Of a stretch of DNA of 51,062 nt, positions 17,724 to 28,401 are shown in pieces; within the stretch, counting starts at the first letter, position 1, and every line of letters starts with the position of its first letter. The stretch comes from a virus. Lineage: Duplodnaviria; Caudoviricetes. The notes under the pieces are model-generated. The model was given only the letters and a program-made list of their open reading frames with translations, was not told the origin of the DNA and ran no database searches. The stretch is from IMG/VR virus record IMGVR_UViG_3300017658_000232, positions 1-51,062 of that record, one strand, 5' to 3'. Made by a program: the position numbers and the translations under genes.

Positions 17724-17989
17724 TAGCTCTCCTCCTCAAATCCAAATGCTTCTTCTTCTGCAGTTTCGTCTTCTTCTTCCAGATCCTCCTCGAGCCACTC
17801 TGGTCTTTCCTCATATTCATCCTCTAGCTCCACTTCTGGAATGGTTATTTCTATTCCACTTGAAAATATGAGGACATCCCGATATTGTTGATTGGCTTCT
17901 AACAGCAACGGAAATGAATATTCACTTCCTAATTGATCAAGGGCGATCTTATCAAAAGTATCGCCGCTCACTGTAATATAGGTACTCAT
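17723..17989 (-). CDS. Tail protein X (LysM-like)
   Basis: YITVSGDTFDKIA..LLEAN..IF.SGI.I.IP. Confidence 0.85.
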   Translation of the reverse strand: MSTYITVSGDTFDKIALDQLGSEYSFPLLLEANQQYRDVLIFSSGIEITIPEVELEDEYEERPEWLEEDLEEEDETAEEEAFGFEEES

Positions 17990-20900
17990 TTCAGACTCCT
18001 ACGCTTTTTATCATTATCAATATCATCTAGCAACTTGATTAACAATTGCTTTAATTCACGTTTCAGCTCGCCGCTGGCATATTTAAGAGCTTCCATAACT
18101 TTATCAATCATGCTGCTATCGGTATCATTCCCTAATGTAATATTAGGTGCAAAAGTGATTTGAATAGGTGGCAATCCGCCACCTGCAGTAGCAACAGCAG
18201 GGCTGCTTTCTCCTTTTGCATAGGAAACCATGCCAGTCATCATTTTGTTTAAAATAGATTGGCTATCGCTATTTGAACGAATTTGGGTTCCTGCAGGTAA
18301 TTCCATTAACTCTGGGCCACGCTCACCAACCCAACCAAGTTGAGTATTTGGTACTCTGCCACCTTGATAATATCCTTGGTAGCCGCCGCCTTTTGCCATC
18401 GATGCAATACCAGGTGTCTTAAAAATGGATCCATATCTTGCTTGTGTGTATCGGATCGATGCCACCGCATTGTGAATTGGATTCCAAATATCGTTCATTC
18501 CAGGCATTTTATATGCATTGAATGTAGAATCAATGGTTTGCATTAACCCTTTTGACGGATGGCCCGCTAAAAAATTACTATCCCATAAATTTATAGCTTT
18601 GGGGTTCCCTCCGGATTCTTTCATGGCCATTGTTTGTAATGGGCCCAGCCAGGACATTGGAACACCGGTTATGTTAATAGCAGCCGTTAACCATTTTTGT
18701 ACATCTGCAGGCGCTCCGGCACCGCCGCTCCAGCTGCCAAATCCCTCTAATTTCTCTTTCAAGAAAGTTGTGGATTTTTCTTTGATCAATTTAAGGGATA
18801 CTTTAGCAATATCACCAAAAGGACCCGCTATATTAGGGACAGATACCCCATATTTTTCTAGGACTTTGTTTAGCAGTTTAGATGGATCTTCGATATAACT
18901 AAATACATCTAGTGCCACATCTTTTACTTTGCTTGCGCCAGCTTCCACTACTTCTTTTGCGTTGCCAGCCCCAGATTTTACTGCGTTTATTGCTTGAGAA
19001 CCTGTTTCTTTCACCCAATTAACACCCGTTTTAAAGGCATTTCCTATGACATTCCCACTTTTATAAAAAGGAATAGCTGCTGTATTATTGGTAACTGCAT
19101 CTGTTTGCATGGCATGTTGATTTTGATACTGATTTTGAATAGTACTGATTTCGGAATTTGTATTCCAAGTATTAGTAAGGGCGTTCAATGTTTCTTGTAA
19201 TGGATAGCTTGCTGTACTAACAGCGCTATTACTAGCATTATTGAAAACATTTTTAGCATAACTTTCTTTCTCTTTTATCCAATTAACACCTTTAGTAAGT
19301 GGATTTTGTACATTTCCCTTTGCATAAGCAGGAATGGCAGGGGTATATTCCGTAAGGATCCGTTGTGTTTCCTTGTGAGGAATAACCTGCGTTCCTTTCG
19401 GTAAATTCATTAAGGTATCTGTTCCTGGACTCAAGCCTAATGATCCATTTGGTGTTCTAAATAGCTCTGGACCACCGCCATCTCCTAAAATAGCAAGTCC
19501 ACCTGGATGCCCTTGTGTACCGTGAGCATATTTTGGTACATCCCACTCTTTAAGAGATACCTCCACGCCAACTTTTCCTAAAACCCAGTTAATCCCTTTA
19601 ATTATGCCATTTACAATGTTCCCGACTGCACTTAGCGTCTTACTAGCCATTGATTTGATTCCGTCTACTAATCCATTGATAATGTTTTTCCCTATGTCAA
19701 ATAGCTTAATAGATTTAAAGAAATTAACGATATTATTCATAATCGTTTCAGCAGTTTTTTTTATGTGATTCCAAGCTCCATCCCAATCGCCTTTAAGAAT
19801 AGAAGTAAAAGTTTGGATAACGCCTGTCACGATTGATATAGCATTACTAATCACTAACATAATTAATGGAAAAACAAATTGTACAATGGCTAAAATAGCT
19901 TGGATTGCTGGAATGACAATACTTGTAATAAATAAAGCAACCCCTTGTAACAATACTGTTATGATAGGGATGACAGATTGGATAATCGACAAAATTAATG
20001 GAAACGCCATCTGAACTACTTGAAGTACTAACGGAAGCACTGTTTGTGCAATCATGAGTATAACTGGAATAATCGCCCCAATTAATGAAATCGCTACAGG
20101 AAGAACCGCCTGTATAATCGACAAAATCAATGGGAAAATCATCTGCGTCCCTTGTAATAGAAGTGGCAGAATGGATGTTGCTATTTGAACAATTATAGGA
20201 ATCAAAGTACCAATTAAATTAACAATTAAAGGTAGGCTAGATTGAACAAAAGATAGAATCATAGGGAATATAGTTTGTACCCCACTCAACAACAAAGGCA
20301 ACACTTGTGTTGCAACTGTTGAAGATAAGGTGATCCAAGTCGTAAATAATTGCCCTATTACTGGCATTAAAGATGTGAACCCTTGCGCTATCATTGGAAT
20401 TAACGTAGATGTTATCTGGCCAAATAAACCGATAAAAGTAGAACCTAGTTCAGAAAAAGCAGGTCCAAGTTGTGCAAAAGTAGGTCCTAATTGCACAAAA
20501 CTATCTCGAATAACTTGTCCTGTTTTTTGGAACTCTGGACCTAGTGCAGCAAATGATGTAGCAATTTCTGATACAGCTGGAAGCAACATCGATAGTAAGG
20601 TTTGGCCAGCCAATGCAAATAGCTCCAAGACTGGAGCAAAAGCATTCTGAACGGTATTCCATCCATTTAAAAAGGTTGTTTTTACTTCTTCATTGGTTTT
20701 AATCAGTTTATATAAGAATGCTCCTATCGAAATAACACTGGCTATTACCCATCCAATAGGTCCCGATACGCCTAAAAAGGATAGACCTAATCGAGCAATT
20801 AAAGGCGATAAAGTAGCAAGAGTATTTCCAATTCCTGAAAAAGAGCTTTTTATATAGTTGACTATATCTCCTGCAGGTCCTTTTAAACCATTGAGCCATT

Positions 20901-22779
20901 GAGAAAACTGTGTCATTTTAGTGCCGATAAATCCTATTGACTGACTATATACGCTTTCTACTTTGCTCCAAGCATCTTGTGTACTATTAATAAATCCAGC
21001 CCACAAAACAGGAGCAACAGCAGCAATATATGATACGGTAGATTGAGCTATATTTTTAACGGCAGAAAAGGCTCCATTTACCTTATTCCTAAAGGTATCA
21101 GACATTTTATAGGCTGCATAAAAAGCAACAATTAGTCCTGCAATAGCTGCAGCTACTAATAAGAATGGATTGGCTAACATGGTGCCATTTAAAGCCACCA
21201 TAGCAGCTCTCATTCCGGCTATTACCCCTGTTACTCCTCCGCCATATAAAGCATACGCAATCATGGCAGCACGGTGCGCTCGATAAAGAATAATACTTGC
21301 GCTTTGGATCGCATTGAAAGCTATTTGTGCAGCACCAACTCCGGCTAATGTACCCTTATAGACTAAAATTCCTGTTGCCAGCCCTAAAACAATAGGTGTA
21401 ACAGTCGATAATACATCCCTGGTGGATTTTATTGCTCCTGCAAAATCATCATTGAGATAATTAGCAAAAGCATTTAGATACGGCAACACTTTTTCGCCTA
21501 GTGGGATTATAAGCCCTGTTTCAAATTGCCTGCCGATTCCTTTAATCGCATTGCCTACGGTATCATATTTGATGGCTCCTATTTCTTCCATCGTATTTTT
21601 GGTCATGTCAAAGGCATTTTTTACATTGCCAAGAGACAATACTGTTTTCATTTCCAAATCTTCTGCTTGCGTACCAAATAGAGCAATAGCCATTTGCGAT
21701 TGAGTCATGGGATCGTCAATCTCTTTGATCTTTTGGATGACTTGATTAAAAGCATCTTTTCCCTGGATAGCTCCAGATGACAAATCATTGAGGAATTGTC
21801 CGGCACCGCCCATTGTATATTCAATATCTTTATACGCTTTTTCAGATGCTGCACCTGTTTTATTCAAGTCTTTTACTAAAGCATAAGCATTTTCTCTTCC
21901 TACTTTGCTAGCAAGCTCCATAAATTCTTGAGTTGAGGATCCGCCTTTTTGTAATTTCGCTATATAGTCATCAAAGCCATCGGCTTGAAATAAATAACTA
22001 AGCGCATCTGTTGTGGCTTCGCTACCATCCTTAATACGGATGCCGAACTCTTTCACTAAATCTCCGACTTTATCAAGATTAAAGGCGCCATTTTTTAATC
22101 CAGCACCAAAAACATCAAACATTTCATTAGCGCTAAATCCAAGTGTTTTGAAATACACCGCATATTCATTAGCTGAATCGAGCAACTCGTCCGATTTATT
22201 GAGCCCATCCTGCGCACCTTGAGCCAATAAGTTATAAGAGTTTGCAGCAGTAATACCAAATTGCTTCATCATTGTATCTGTTGCTTTTATAGATTCACTG
22301 ACTTCTTCTCCATAAACATCTCGGTACATAAGCGCATATTTACTGGCTTGCTCCAGAGAATCTTTTGAAAGATCTGTGACCGATTTAACGGTACTAATCG
22401 ATTCACCAAGATCCTTCCAATCCTCCCCTAGATTTTTGTTATACAGATTTTTGGAAATGTCTTTCATTTCTTCCATTTGATCTGCACTTAATCCAGTGGC
22501 AGCCTGCATCTGTTTCATCGATTCATTATATTCATCAGTGGCATTTAAAGCAGCCCCTATTCCTGCTCCTATTCCTGTTATGGAAACACCTGCAGCAACA
22601 GCAGCCTTTGAGATCATGTTAAAACTTTTAGTTAACCCACTTGTTTGTTGACTTAACGCTATTGTTTCTTGTCCAACATTTTCAATAGCTGCAGAAGCAT
22701 CATTAAAAGCCCGACGCATGGATGAATCCACGGTTGCGCCGAGCTTAAATGCAATCTCAAACATTCTAGCACTACTCAT
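17986..22779 (-). CDS. Tape measure protein with C-terminal lytic transglycosylase (SLT) domain
   Basis: 1597 aa, long amphipathic repeats; ESGGNPKAINLWDSN..GHPSKGLMQ motif. Confidence 0.92.
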   Translation of the reverse strand: MSSARMFEIAFKLGATVDSSMRRAFNDASAAIENVGQETIALSQQTSGLTKSFNMISKAAVAAGVSITGIGAGIGAALNATDEYNESMKQMQAATGLSADQMEEMKDISKNLYNKNLGEDWKDLGESISTVKSVTDLSKDSLEQASKYALMYRDVYGEEVSESIKATDTMMKQFGITAANSYNLLAQGAQDGLNKSDELLDSANEYAVYFKTLGFSANEMFDVFGAGLKNGAFNLDKVGDLVKEFGIRIKDGSEATTDALSYLFQADGFDDYIAKLQKGGSSTQEFMELASKVGRENAYALVKDLNKTGAASEKAYKDIEYTMGGAGQFLNDLSSGAIQGKDAFNQVIQKIKEIDDPMTQSQMAIALFGTQAEDLEMKTVLSLGNVKNAFDMTKNTMEEIGAIKYDTVGNAIKGIGRQFETGLIIPLGEKVLPYLNAFANYLNDDFAGAIKSTRDVLSTVTPIVLGLATGILVYKGTLAGVGAAQIAFNAIQSASIILYRAHRAAMIAYALYGGGVTGVIAGMRAAMVALNGTMLANPFLLVAAAIAGLIVAFYAAYKMSDTFRNKVNGAFSAVKNIAQSTVSYIAAVAPVLWAGFINSTQDAWSKVESVYSQSIGFIGTKMTQFSQWLNGLKGPAGDIVNYIKSSFSGIGNTLATLSPLIARLGLSFLGVSGPIGWVIASVISIGAFLYKLIKTNEEVKTTFLNGWNTVQNAFAPVLELFALAGQTLLSMLLPAVSEIATSFAALGPEFQKTGQVIRDSFVQLGPTFAQLGPAFSELGSTFIGLFGQITSTLIPMIAQGFTSLMPVIGQLFTTWITLSSTVATQVLPLLLSGVQTIFPMILSFVQSSLPLIVNLIGTLIPIIVQIATSILPLLLQGTQMIFPLILSIIQAVLPVAISLIGAIIPVILMIAQTVLPLVLQVVQMAFPLILSIIQSVIPIITVLLQGVALFITSIVIPAIQAILAIVQFVFPLIMLVISNAISIVTGVIQTFTSILKGDWDGAWNHIKKTAETIMNNIVNFFKSIKLFDIGKNIINGLVDGIKSMASKTLSAVGNIVNGIIKGINWVLGKVGVEVSLKEWDVPKYAHGTQGHPGGLAILGDGGGPELFRTPNGSLGLSPGTDTLMNLPKGTQVIPHKETQRILTEYTPAIPAYAKGNVQNPLTKGVNWIKEKESYAKNVFNNASNSAVSTASYPLQETLNALTNTWNTNSEISTIQNQYQNQHAMQTDAVTNNTAAIPFYKSGNVIGNAFKTGVNWVKETGSQAINAVKSGAGNAKEVVEAGASKVKDVALDVFSYIEDPSKLLNKVLEKYGVSVPNIAGPFGDIAKVSLKLIKEKSTTFLKEKLEGFGSWSGGAGAPADVQKWLTAAINITGVPMSWLGPLQTMAMKESGGNPKAINLWDSNFLAGHPSKGLMQTIDSTFNAYKMPGMNDIWNPIHNAVASIRYTQARYGSIFKTPGIASMAKGGGYQGYYQGGRVPNTQLGWVGERGPELMELPAGTQIRSNSDSQSILNKMMTGMVSYAKGESSPAVATAGGGLPPIQITFAPNITLGNDTDSSMIDKVMEALKYASGELKRELKQLLIKLLDDIDNDKKRRSLK

Positions 22780-22973
22780 TTTTCATTTTGCACCGCCCTT
22801 ACATCTTCTATCGTTTCAGCTAATAGCCGTGGAGATAACTCTAGAAAATGACTCATAGGCGTTTTGGTTGCAAGGGAAACTCGAATACAAGCTTTCCTTA
22901 AATCCCTTTTAGTAAATTGCATCTTATACTTGCCATCTTGCTTGGTGATTACTCCGCTGAGTTCAAAAAATTT
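22776..22973 (-). CDS. -1 frameshift extension of the tail assembly chaperone (gpE'/gpGT-like)
   Basis: Slippery A AAT TTT (TTG) at 22973-22964; the -1 frame is open (FELSGVITK...LRKACIRVSLATKTPMSHFLEL...QNEK*) up to the TMP start. Confidence 0.75.
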   Translation of the reverse strand, partial: KFFELSGVITKQDGKYKMQFTKRDLRKACIRVSLATKTPMSHFLELSPRLLAETIEDVRAVQNEK

Positions 22974-23284
22974 GCCACCTTACGCTTTACTTTTATTCCT
23001 TCTGTACCTGGCAGCGAATTGAAAAACTCTTGTGGTTGATTTGTAGCTTTAGCTGCAATGACCATTAAATATGGGAAAGAAATTTCCGGCACCATTACCA
23101 TTTTTCCTGTTTTAGCCAAAAGGTCTTCTGCTTCGATTAATTCAGCCGTTGTTAGGTTTTCTACTCCGCTTAAATCAATTTCATTATATGTTTTTCCTTC
23201 AAAAGTATAAGGATTAGCGAATTTCACTAATCCCTCGTTTGTTTCTTCTGTTACTGCAGTAGTTTTTTCTAATGTGTTTGGCAT
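22949..23284 (-). CDS. Tail assembly chaperone (P2 gpE/Mu gp41-like)
   Basis: PYTFEGKTYNEIDL motif; between the tube and TMP genes. Confidence 0.85.
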   Translation of the reverse strand: MPNTLEKTTAVTEETNEGLVKFANPYTFEGKTYNEIDLSGVENLTTAELIEAEDLLAKTGKMVMVPEISFPYLMVIAAKATNQPQEFFNSLPGTEGIKVKRKVANFLNSAE

Positions 23285-23300
23285 GATTTTTCCTCTTTTC

Positions 23301-23807
23301 TTAGATTAATTTTTTAATAGCTGATAATTGATCTTTTCCGTTTACTTTAAATACATAATTTAATTTGTCTAATTCCAACGTTGTTTTTCCGTTGATTTCG
23401 ACTTTGATATAAAAAACTTCTAATGTATTTTTGGATTCCATTTGAGCATTTTGAGCAAGTTTCCCCATATCCAATGCTTTAGGCATCCATTTCAATGTAA
23501 TTTTGACCCCAATTTGATCTACTTTTCCATTATTAATTCTTTGAATAGCCCCTCTTAGAATCAATGCTTCGCCGCTGTATGTTAATAAATTAAACGTTTT
23601 ATCTAAGAGAACTTTCCATGTTAATTCCACCGTGGTGCTACCAAAGTGGCCAATATTGACCGTTTCCAATTCACCAAGGATGCCAGTTCCACTTACAGTA
23701 GAAGTTAATGCTTCTAAACTAGGTAAAGTAACTTCTCCAGTGATACCTACCAATTTTGTATTATTTGTATAAACATTAAAATCCGTGACTTTATCAGGCA
23801 TTATCAT
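23301..23807 (-). CDS. Major tail tube protein (P2 FII-like)
   Basis: EVTLP..GTGILGE, ELDKLNYVFKVNGKD motifs. Confidence 0.88.
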   Translation of the reverse strand: MIMPDKVTDFNVYTNNTKLVGITGEVTLPSLEALTSTVSGTGILGELETVNIGHFGSTTVELTWKVLLDKTFNLLTYSGEALILRGAIQRINNGKVDQIGVKITLKWMPKALDMGKLAQNAQMESKNTLEVFYIKVEINGKTTLELDKLNYVFKVNGKDQLSAIKKLI

Positions 23808-25273
23808 TATTCTTCACCTCCACCAAAAAGAGACCCAATCATAAAGGTTGGATCAAACTCTAAAGTATTTACAATATTTTCAGCTGGCGTAAACCCACCA
23901 ATTTTTGTAATAAACTTGATTGACCCATTCAAAATTTCTGTTTGGGGGTTCATATCTTCTCTAAATTCAATAGATGCTCCGGCAATATAACCAGCTGCGA
24001 CATATCCATTTGCACGAATATTTTCGCTATCGACAATATTTTCAATAAGTCTTGTATCTGTTAAGCTATCTACTTCATCAAAGAAAGTGACAACAAAACT
24101 ATTCCCCCACCAATCCATTAATCGGCGTAAATTGATAAAACGATCTTTAGGATCTGTTACCGTCGGATAAGCAGCTGTATTATTCCCCCAAGTTCTCCAG
24201 CCGCCCCAATTTAAAGCAGTGATAATACCTAAACCATTCAAATAGTTTGCTTGTGTAATATCTAAATAGACTTCGGTTCCATCTGGAAGAACAGCTCCAC
24301 TGATTGCTATAACTCTATTAGACGGAGATTTTGCTGGTACATCTTCTGTTTCTTCATCCATTGTTTTTATTTCTGCAGCATAAGCAGCACTATACCAAAG
24401 GATTTTCGTACCAACCTTAACTTTTGGCCATAAAACCATACTTTTTTCGCTTGTATAGCCATTGTCATTTTTCCAAGTGCCAACATTTTCATACTTGGTG
24501 GCCACGCTGCTATCGACATCTGCAATTACTTCTGCGTTAAAGCAGCCGTTAATTTTCTTTGCTTTTGCTACTAAAACTGCGTATACGTCTGGATATTGTG
24601 ACCAACCAGGAGCAAGAATTAATCCTGGAATTACGCTAAGTGTTGGATATACTTTTTGGATTAGCTCGGCACCTTTATAGTTGCCTGTTGCACTATCATA
24701 GCCCCCAACAATATCCGATTTTGTCACTTTAGAAGGATCCACTTTGTCATAACTAGTCTTTAATGCTGTTGTATTAGCTGGAATTGTTCCACTCGTCAAA
24801 ATGGTTACAACCGGCTTTCCGTCAGCATTAAAACTTAATGTATAATCCGTATTTCGGACATACGTTTTAGTGCCATCTGAACTTTTTAGAACCACCTTAC
24901 TTAGCAAAACACCCTCGTCATTAATAACACCTACGCCTTTTGTAAGCGTAAGGGCTTGATCTGTCACAGCAGTTTTATGAGTAGTAGGATCCAATACGTT
25001 AATAAACACAACAGGTCCCACTTGCTTAAATTGAAAAGAAGCATACATGGACTCACAAAGCGTGTATTTACCGAATGACTCGCTATATCCTAATGCCTTT
25101 TTCGCATCTGCAAAGGTATTGGCTAAAACAAGCTTGTTTGTAGCATTAAATGGATCATCTGCTAAATGAACCGGCGCAGTACCGACAACAATTTGAACGC
25201 CCCCTGTATTTTGAGCAGGAGGCGTTAAGGATGTATCGTTTTCTAATATATTTATGCCATGTTCATACGCCAT
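23807..25273 (-). CDS. Tail sheath protein
   Basis: YEHGI, VVGTAPVH, WGNNTAAYP..DPKDRFI..RR motifs. Confidence 0.92.
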   Translation of the reverse strand: MAYEHGINILENDTSLTPPAQNTGGVQIVVGTAPVHLADDPFNATNKLVLANTFADAKKALGYSESFGKYTLCESMYASFQFKQVGPVVFINVLDPTTHKTAVTDQALTLTKGVGVINDEGVLLSKVVLKSSDGTKTYVRNTDYTLSFNADGKPVVTILTSGTIPANTTALKTSYDKVDPSKVTKSDIVGGYDSATGNYKGAELIQKVYPTLSVIPGLILAPGWSQYPDVYAVLVAKAKKINGCFNAEVIADVDSSVATKYENVGTWKNDNGYTSEKSMVLWPKVKVGTKILWYSAAYAAEIKTMDEETEDVPAKSPSNRVIAISGAVLPDGTEVYLDITQANYLNGLGIITALNWGGWRTWGNNTAAYPTVTDPKDRFINLRRLMDWWGNSFVVTFFDEVDSLTDTRLIENIVDSENIRANGYVAAGYIAGASIEFREDMNPQTEILNGSIKFITKIGGFTPAENIVNTLEFDPTFMIGSLFGGGEE

Positions 25274-25635
25274 TAATTTTCACCTCTTACATACTTAGAA
25301 ATTTGTTCAAACATAATCTGATCTTTTGTTCCTGGCACCCCAAGATTTGCTGATACTTCTGCAAGTCGGCTAACCGGCACTAATAATTCTTTAATGGCTG
25401 CACACTTCTCCATATGTTCTTGCACATATGGCGGCAGTTCATTAGTGAAAATGGCATGCTGTACAAGGGAGTTATTTGGCAAATTCGGTCCTAAATAAAT
25501 TTGACTTGTAATTTCTTCTGATTTTCTAATTTCATCTACTGTTTTCTTGGAAGCAGCTTTCGTTTTGGCCACTTTCGTTTCTTTAACAGTCGCTGTTTCT
25601 TCTGAAGCAACATCTTGATCTTTTTTTGTACTCAT
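25273..25635 (-). CDS. Hypothetical virion protein
   Basis: IYLGPNLP motif of the pre-sheath gene in Firmicute myoviruses. Confidence 0.7.
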   Translation of the reverse strand: MSTKKDQDVASEETATVKETKVAKTKAASKKTVDEIRKSEEITSQIYLGPNLPNNSLVQHAIFTNELPPYVQEHMEKCAAIKELLVPVSRLAEVSANLGVPGTKDQIMFEQISKYVRGEN

Positions 25636-26093
25636 ATTAAGTGACTCACATCCTTACGTTCTATTTGTAATCCTGCTTGGAAGGTTAATTCAATTCCAGC
25701 AAAATAATAGGGGTGGACATCTTCATCATGAATTGCCCATTTTGGTTCTTCTGCAAGACTATATTGTCTTGTCATGGTTGGATATTCAGCAAAATTCGTC
25801 GTGATTTTTTGAATAATAGTTGATAAATCGCGATACCCTGTCCTATCTGAACTTTCATTGAAAATCCCGATAATTAGAGTAATCGCTACTTTTTGATTAA
25901 ATCCTTGTTGCAGCTGCACAATGACACAAGGATATAAGGAGGAATTATCATCTTTACTTGCCTTTTTTATAGGCAAATGCTGCTCATATACCTTTAAATT
26001 TGTTCTATTTCCCCTTGGATCATCAAATAAATGGCCCTCAAACAATTTTTCCAGACGTTTTTTGATCTCGTCTTGTAAAAAAACAGGTATCAT
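25632..26093 (-). CDS. Putative tail terminator/completion protein
   Basis: Position; YPCVIVQ and PYYFAGI motifs. Confidence 0.65.
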   Translation of the reverse strand: MIPVFLQDEIKKRLEKLFEGHLFDDPRGNRTNLKVYEQHLPIKKASKDDNSSLYPCVIVQLQQGFNQKVAITLIIGIFNESSDRTGYRDLSTIIQKITTNFAEYPTMTRQYSLAEEPKWAIHDEDVHPYYFAGIELTFQAGLQIERKDVSHLI

Positions 26094-26659
26094 GATGCTT
26101 CTTGCCCCCTGTTTAAAATTCGATTGATTTCATGGTCTAAATATCTGTTAAATGTATCTAAACCTTCTGCATTAATTTTTGCTCGTACTTCCTCATTGCC
26201 CACCATTTGTGGAACAGATGGACCAAATATTCTATTAATGGGAAGTCTTTTCTTCCCTTCTCGCTTAAATACTTTTATGCCGTTAATATCTGCTACAAAT
26301 GCCCCTAAAGACTCCCTTAAACTCCCCTTTTTAACAGCAATTTTTATAGGTTTTTTCCTTTTAGGCTGTACTTTTTTAGGAGATATTTTAAATCGATCAA
26401 TAGGTATTGGGCGACCTTTAGAAGCAACAATACCGGACATACTCGATCTAGATGCCCGTACTTTCCGTAATGTTTCTTTAATGTCAGAAGACTTGATAAT
26501 GTATTCTTTTCTCGTTTCTTTGCTGACATTAGCCGCAACATTAGTAATGGCCCGGTTAAGCGCGCTGGCAATAGCATTAGGTGCCTTCTTTGAATATTCT
26601 CCTAATTGTTCTCTGACTTCATTTAACAACCGGTTATCGACATCGACAGTTACATTCAT
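26090..26659 (-). CDS. Minor tail protein Z-like
   Basis: ALNRA, RLPI..GPSVPQM motifs. Confidence 0.8.
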   Translation of the reverse strand: MNVTVDVDNRLLNEVREQLGEYSKKAPNAIASALNRAITNVAANVSKETRKEYIIKSSDIKETLRKVRASRSSMSGIVASKGRPIPIDRFKISPKKVQPKRKKPIKIAVKKGSLRESLGAFVADINGIKVFKREGKKRLPINRIFGPSVPQMVGNEEVRAKINAEGLDTFNRYLDHEINRILNRGQEAS

Positions 26660-26973
26660 GTGTGATACCTCGTTACCGTTACGACATACATATCATTATC
26701 TTCTGAACAAGTTAAAACACTATAGCTATAATCATTGATCGTTATACTATCGCCTATATCAATGCGATAAGAAATGGCATTTGTTGGCACATAAAAAAGA
26801 AGCTCTGCATCCGCAAGCCCCTCTCCGCCACTGCTTAATTGTTTTTTTTCCAATAATTCTGGATCCATAACAACAGTAATTGATTGTCCTTCAATAACAA
26901 CCTTATCTGCAAATTCATTTTCATTAAAAAATGTCTGCATATCCTGCGCTAAGAAATCTTTAAACATGCTCAT
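26656..26973 (-). CDS. Head-tail joining protein (gpFII-like)
   Basis: FKDFL..D...FFN.NEFA motif; position. Confidence 0.7.
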   Translation of the reverse strand: MSMFKDFLAQDMQTFFNENEFADKVVIEGQSITVVMDPELLEKKQLSSGGEGLADAELLFYVPTNAISYRIDIGDSITINDYSYSVLTCSEDNDMYVVTVTRYHT

Positions 26974-27347
26974 TACTGCTCACCAGCATGAGCAAGTACC
27001 TCTTCTGCTTTGTTTTCTTCTATAATCAGTTCGATTAATGGACCTTTATTAATTTTAAAAGAAGGAATAACAATTTCTTCTTCCATTGCAACCTCTTTCA
27101 ATTCATCTAAAGTGAACTTTTTATCTAGTAATTTGTAAAAATCCACCTCATCACTATCTGCTTCTTTACTTGGAGGATCGCCTTTTGGAGCTCCATTTGC
27201 TTCTAATATCTCTTTTTTTTCAATAAAAAAAGCAGCTCCGCTATTTACTAATCGCTTTGCTACATCTTCCGGAATATTCGCTTGTTGGCCTGGCATAAAC
27301 CGTTTCCCGTTATATCGACTTCTTAATGTAAATTCAATAATCATCAT
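26973..27347 (-). CDS. Hypothetical head-associated protein
   Basis: YNGKRFMPGQ..A.RLV..GAA N-terminal motif; follows the capsid gene. Confidence 0.65.
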   Translation of the reverse strand: MMIIEFTLRSRYNGKRFMPGQQANIPEDVAKRLVNSGAAFFIEKKEILEANGAPKGDPPSKEADSDEVDFYKLLDKKFTLDELKEVAMEEEIVIPSFKINKGPLIELIIEENKAEEVLAHAGEQ

Positions 27348-28390
27348 TACACCACCTGTGCTACGAACCATTCGTCCGCATCATTTGGTTTTGGCACTGG
27401 GCGACTAGATAAACGCAGCATTCTTGTTTCTGCATTCATATCTTCCCAAGAACGTGGAATAATTTTGCCATCATACGTAATAAATTGACCGGATTTCTCC
27501 ATTTGAGTGATAGCTCCGTATAAAGTTTCTCCTAAATTGGATTTTGCAAGAATGACTGTATTAGCCGGAATATATGGTTTTAAAATGCCATCATCATCTA
27601 CAAACCAAGAATCATACGTATAAATATCTAAGTTTAATTCTGCGATCCTACCAATATAACTAAGCCCATCGCCTTTATATGCTGGTTTGTATTCAATTAG
27701 GTTCATATTTCTAATATCCATGTACTTTTGGATTTTTTCATCGTTTCTAAATGCCTTTAAAGCATCCCTTCCAAAAATAGCCATATCAACCATTGCATCT
27801 GTTTTTTCAGTGACCTGCAGTTTCCAATTTTCTAGATCCTCATAAATGTCCCCGCCTTGCCCCCAGCGATCTGTACCTTCTAATATTTCTTTATTGGTAA
27901 AATTAAAGTCTAGTTCTTGTTCTACATAATTGTTATCACTTTTATCAACAAACCCTTTCATGATAACTTTTCCATTAAGCAATGCTTGAGCAGACATCCA
28001 TTCTTGTCTTCTTACTATGCGGGCAGTTAAGTCTTTAAGGTCCTTTGCTAAAAGTTCGATTTGTCTTTGTTCGGGAGTTTTGCTACTAAATACATTCTCC
28101 CCTAAGCCGCGAATGACAAGATCATCGATAGTAATAGCACGTTGTGGAGCTATTTTGGGAGCAAGATATTTTTCTGTTTTATATCCTTCTCTATCTACTG
28201 TAATACCACCCACTCTAGGAGCTACAAATGGGGCCATTTTCTTTTTCCCTTTTGTATAATCTAATAATACTTCTTCCGTTACAAATGTTGCTGCATCGGG
28301 AAAAAAGGTGTTCTTTAAAAATGAAGTTGGAGCAACCATTTTTTGAATTGCTGGAAGCATCGTTGTTGTTCTATAAAGATTTAAGTTCAC
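27347..28390 (-). CDS. Major capsid protein (lambda gpE family)
   Basis: FLKNTFFP, MAPFVAP, RRQEWM.AQAL..GK, SRPVP motifs. Confidence 0.92.
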   Translation of the reverse strand: MNLNLYRTTTMLPAIQKMVAPTSFLKNTFFPDAATFVTEEVLLDYTKGKKKMAPFVAPRVGGITVDREGYKTEKYLAPKIAPQRAITIDDLVIRGLGENVFSSKTPEQRQIELLAKDLKDLTARIVRRQEWMSAQALLNGKVIMKGFVDKSDNNYVEQELDFNFTNKEILEGTDRWGQGGDIYEDLENWKLQVTEKTDAMVDMAIFGRDALKAFRNDEKIQKYMDIRNMNLIEYKPAYKGDGLSYIGRIAELNLDIYTYDSWFVDDDGILKPYIPANTVILAKSNLGETLYGAITQMEKSGQFITYDGKIIPRSWEDMNAETRMLRLSSRPVPKPNDADEWFVAQVV

Positions 28391-28401
28391 TCTATTTCCT
28401 C

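Noticed and set aside
26124-26738. 204-aa plus-strand ORF and the many similar antisense ORFs across the structural and early operons
   Set aside because: Shadows of well-supported minus-strand phage genes, with no RBS or motifs
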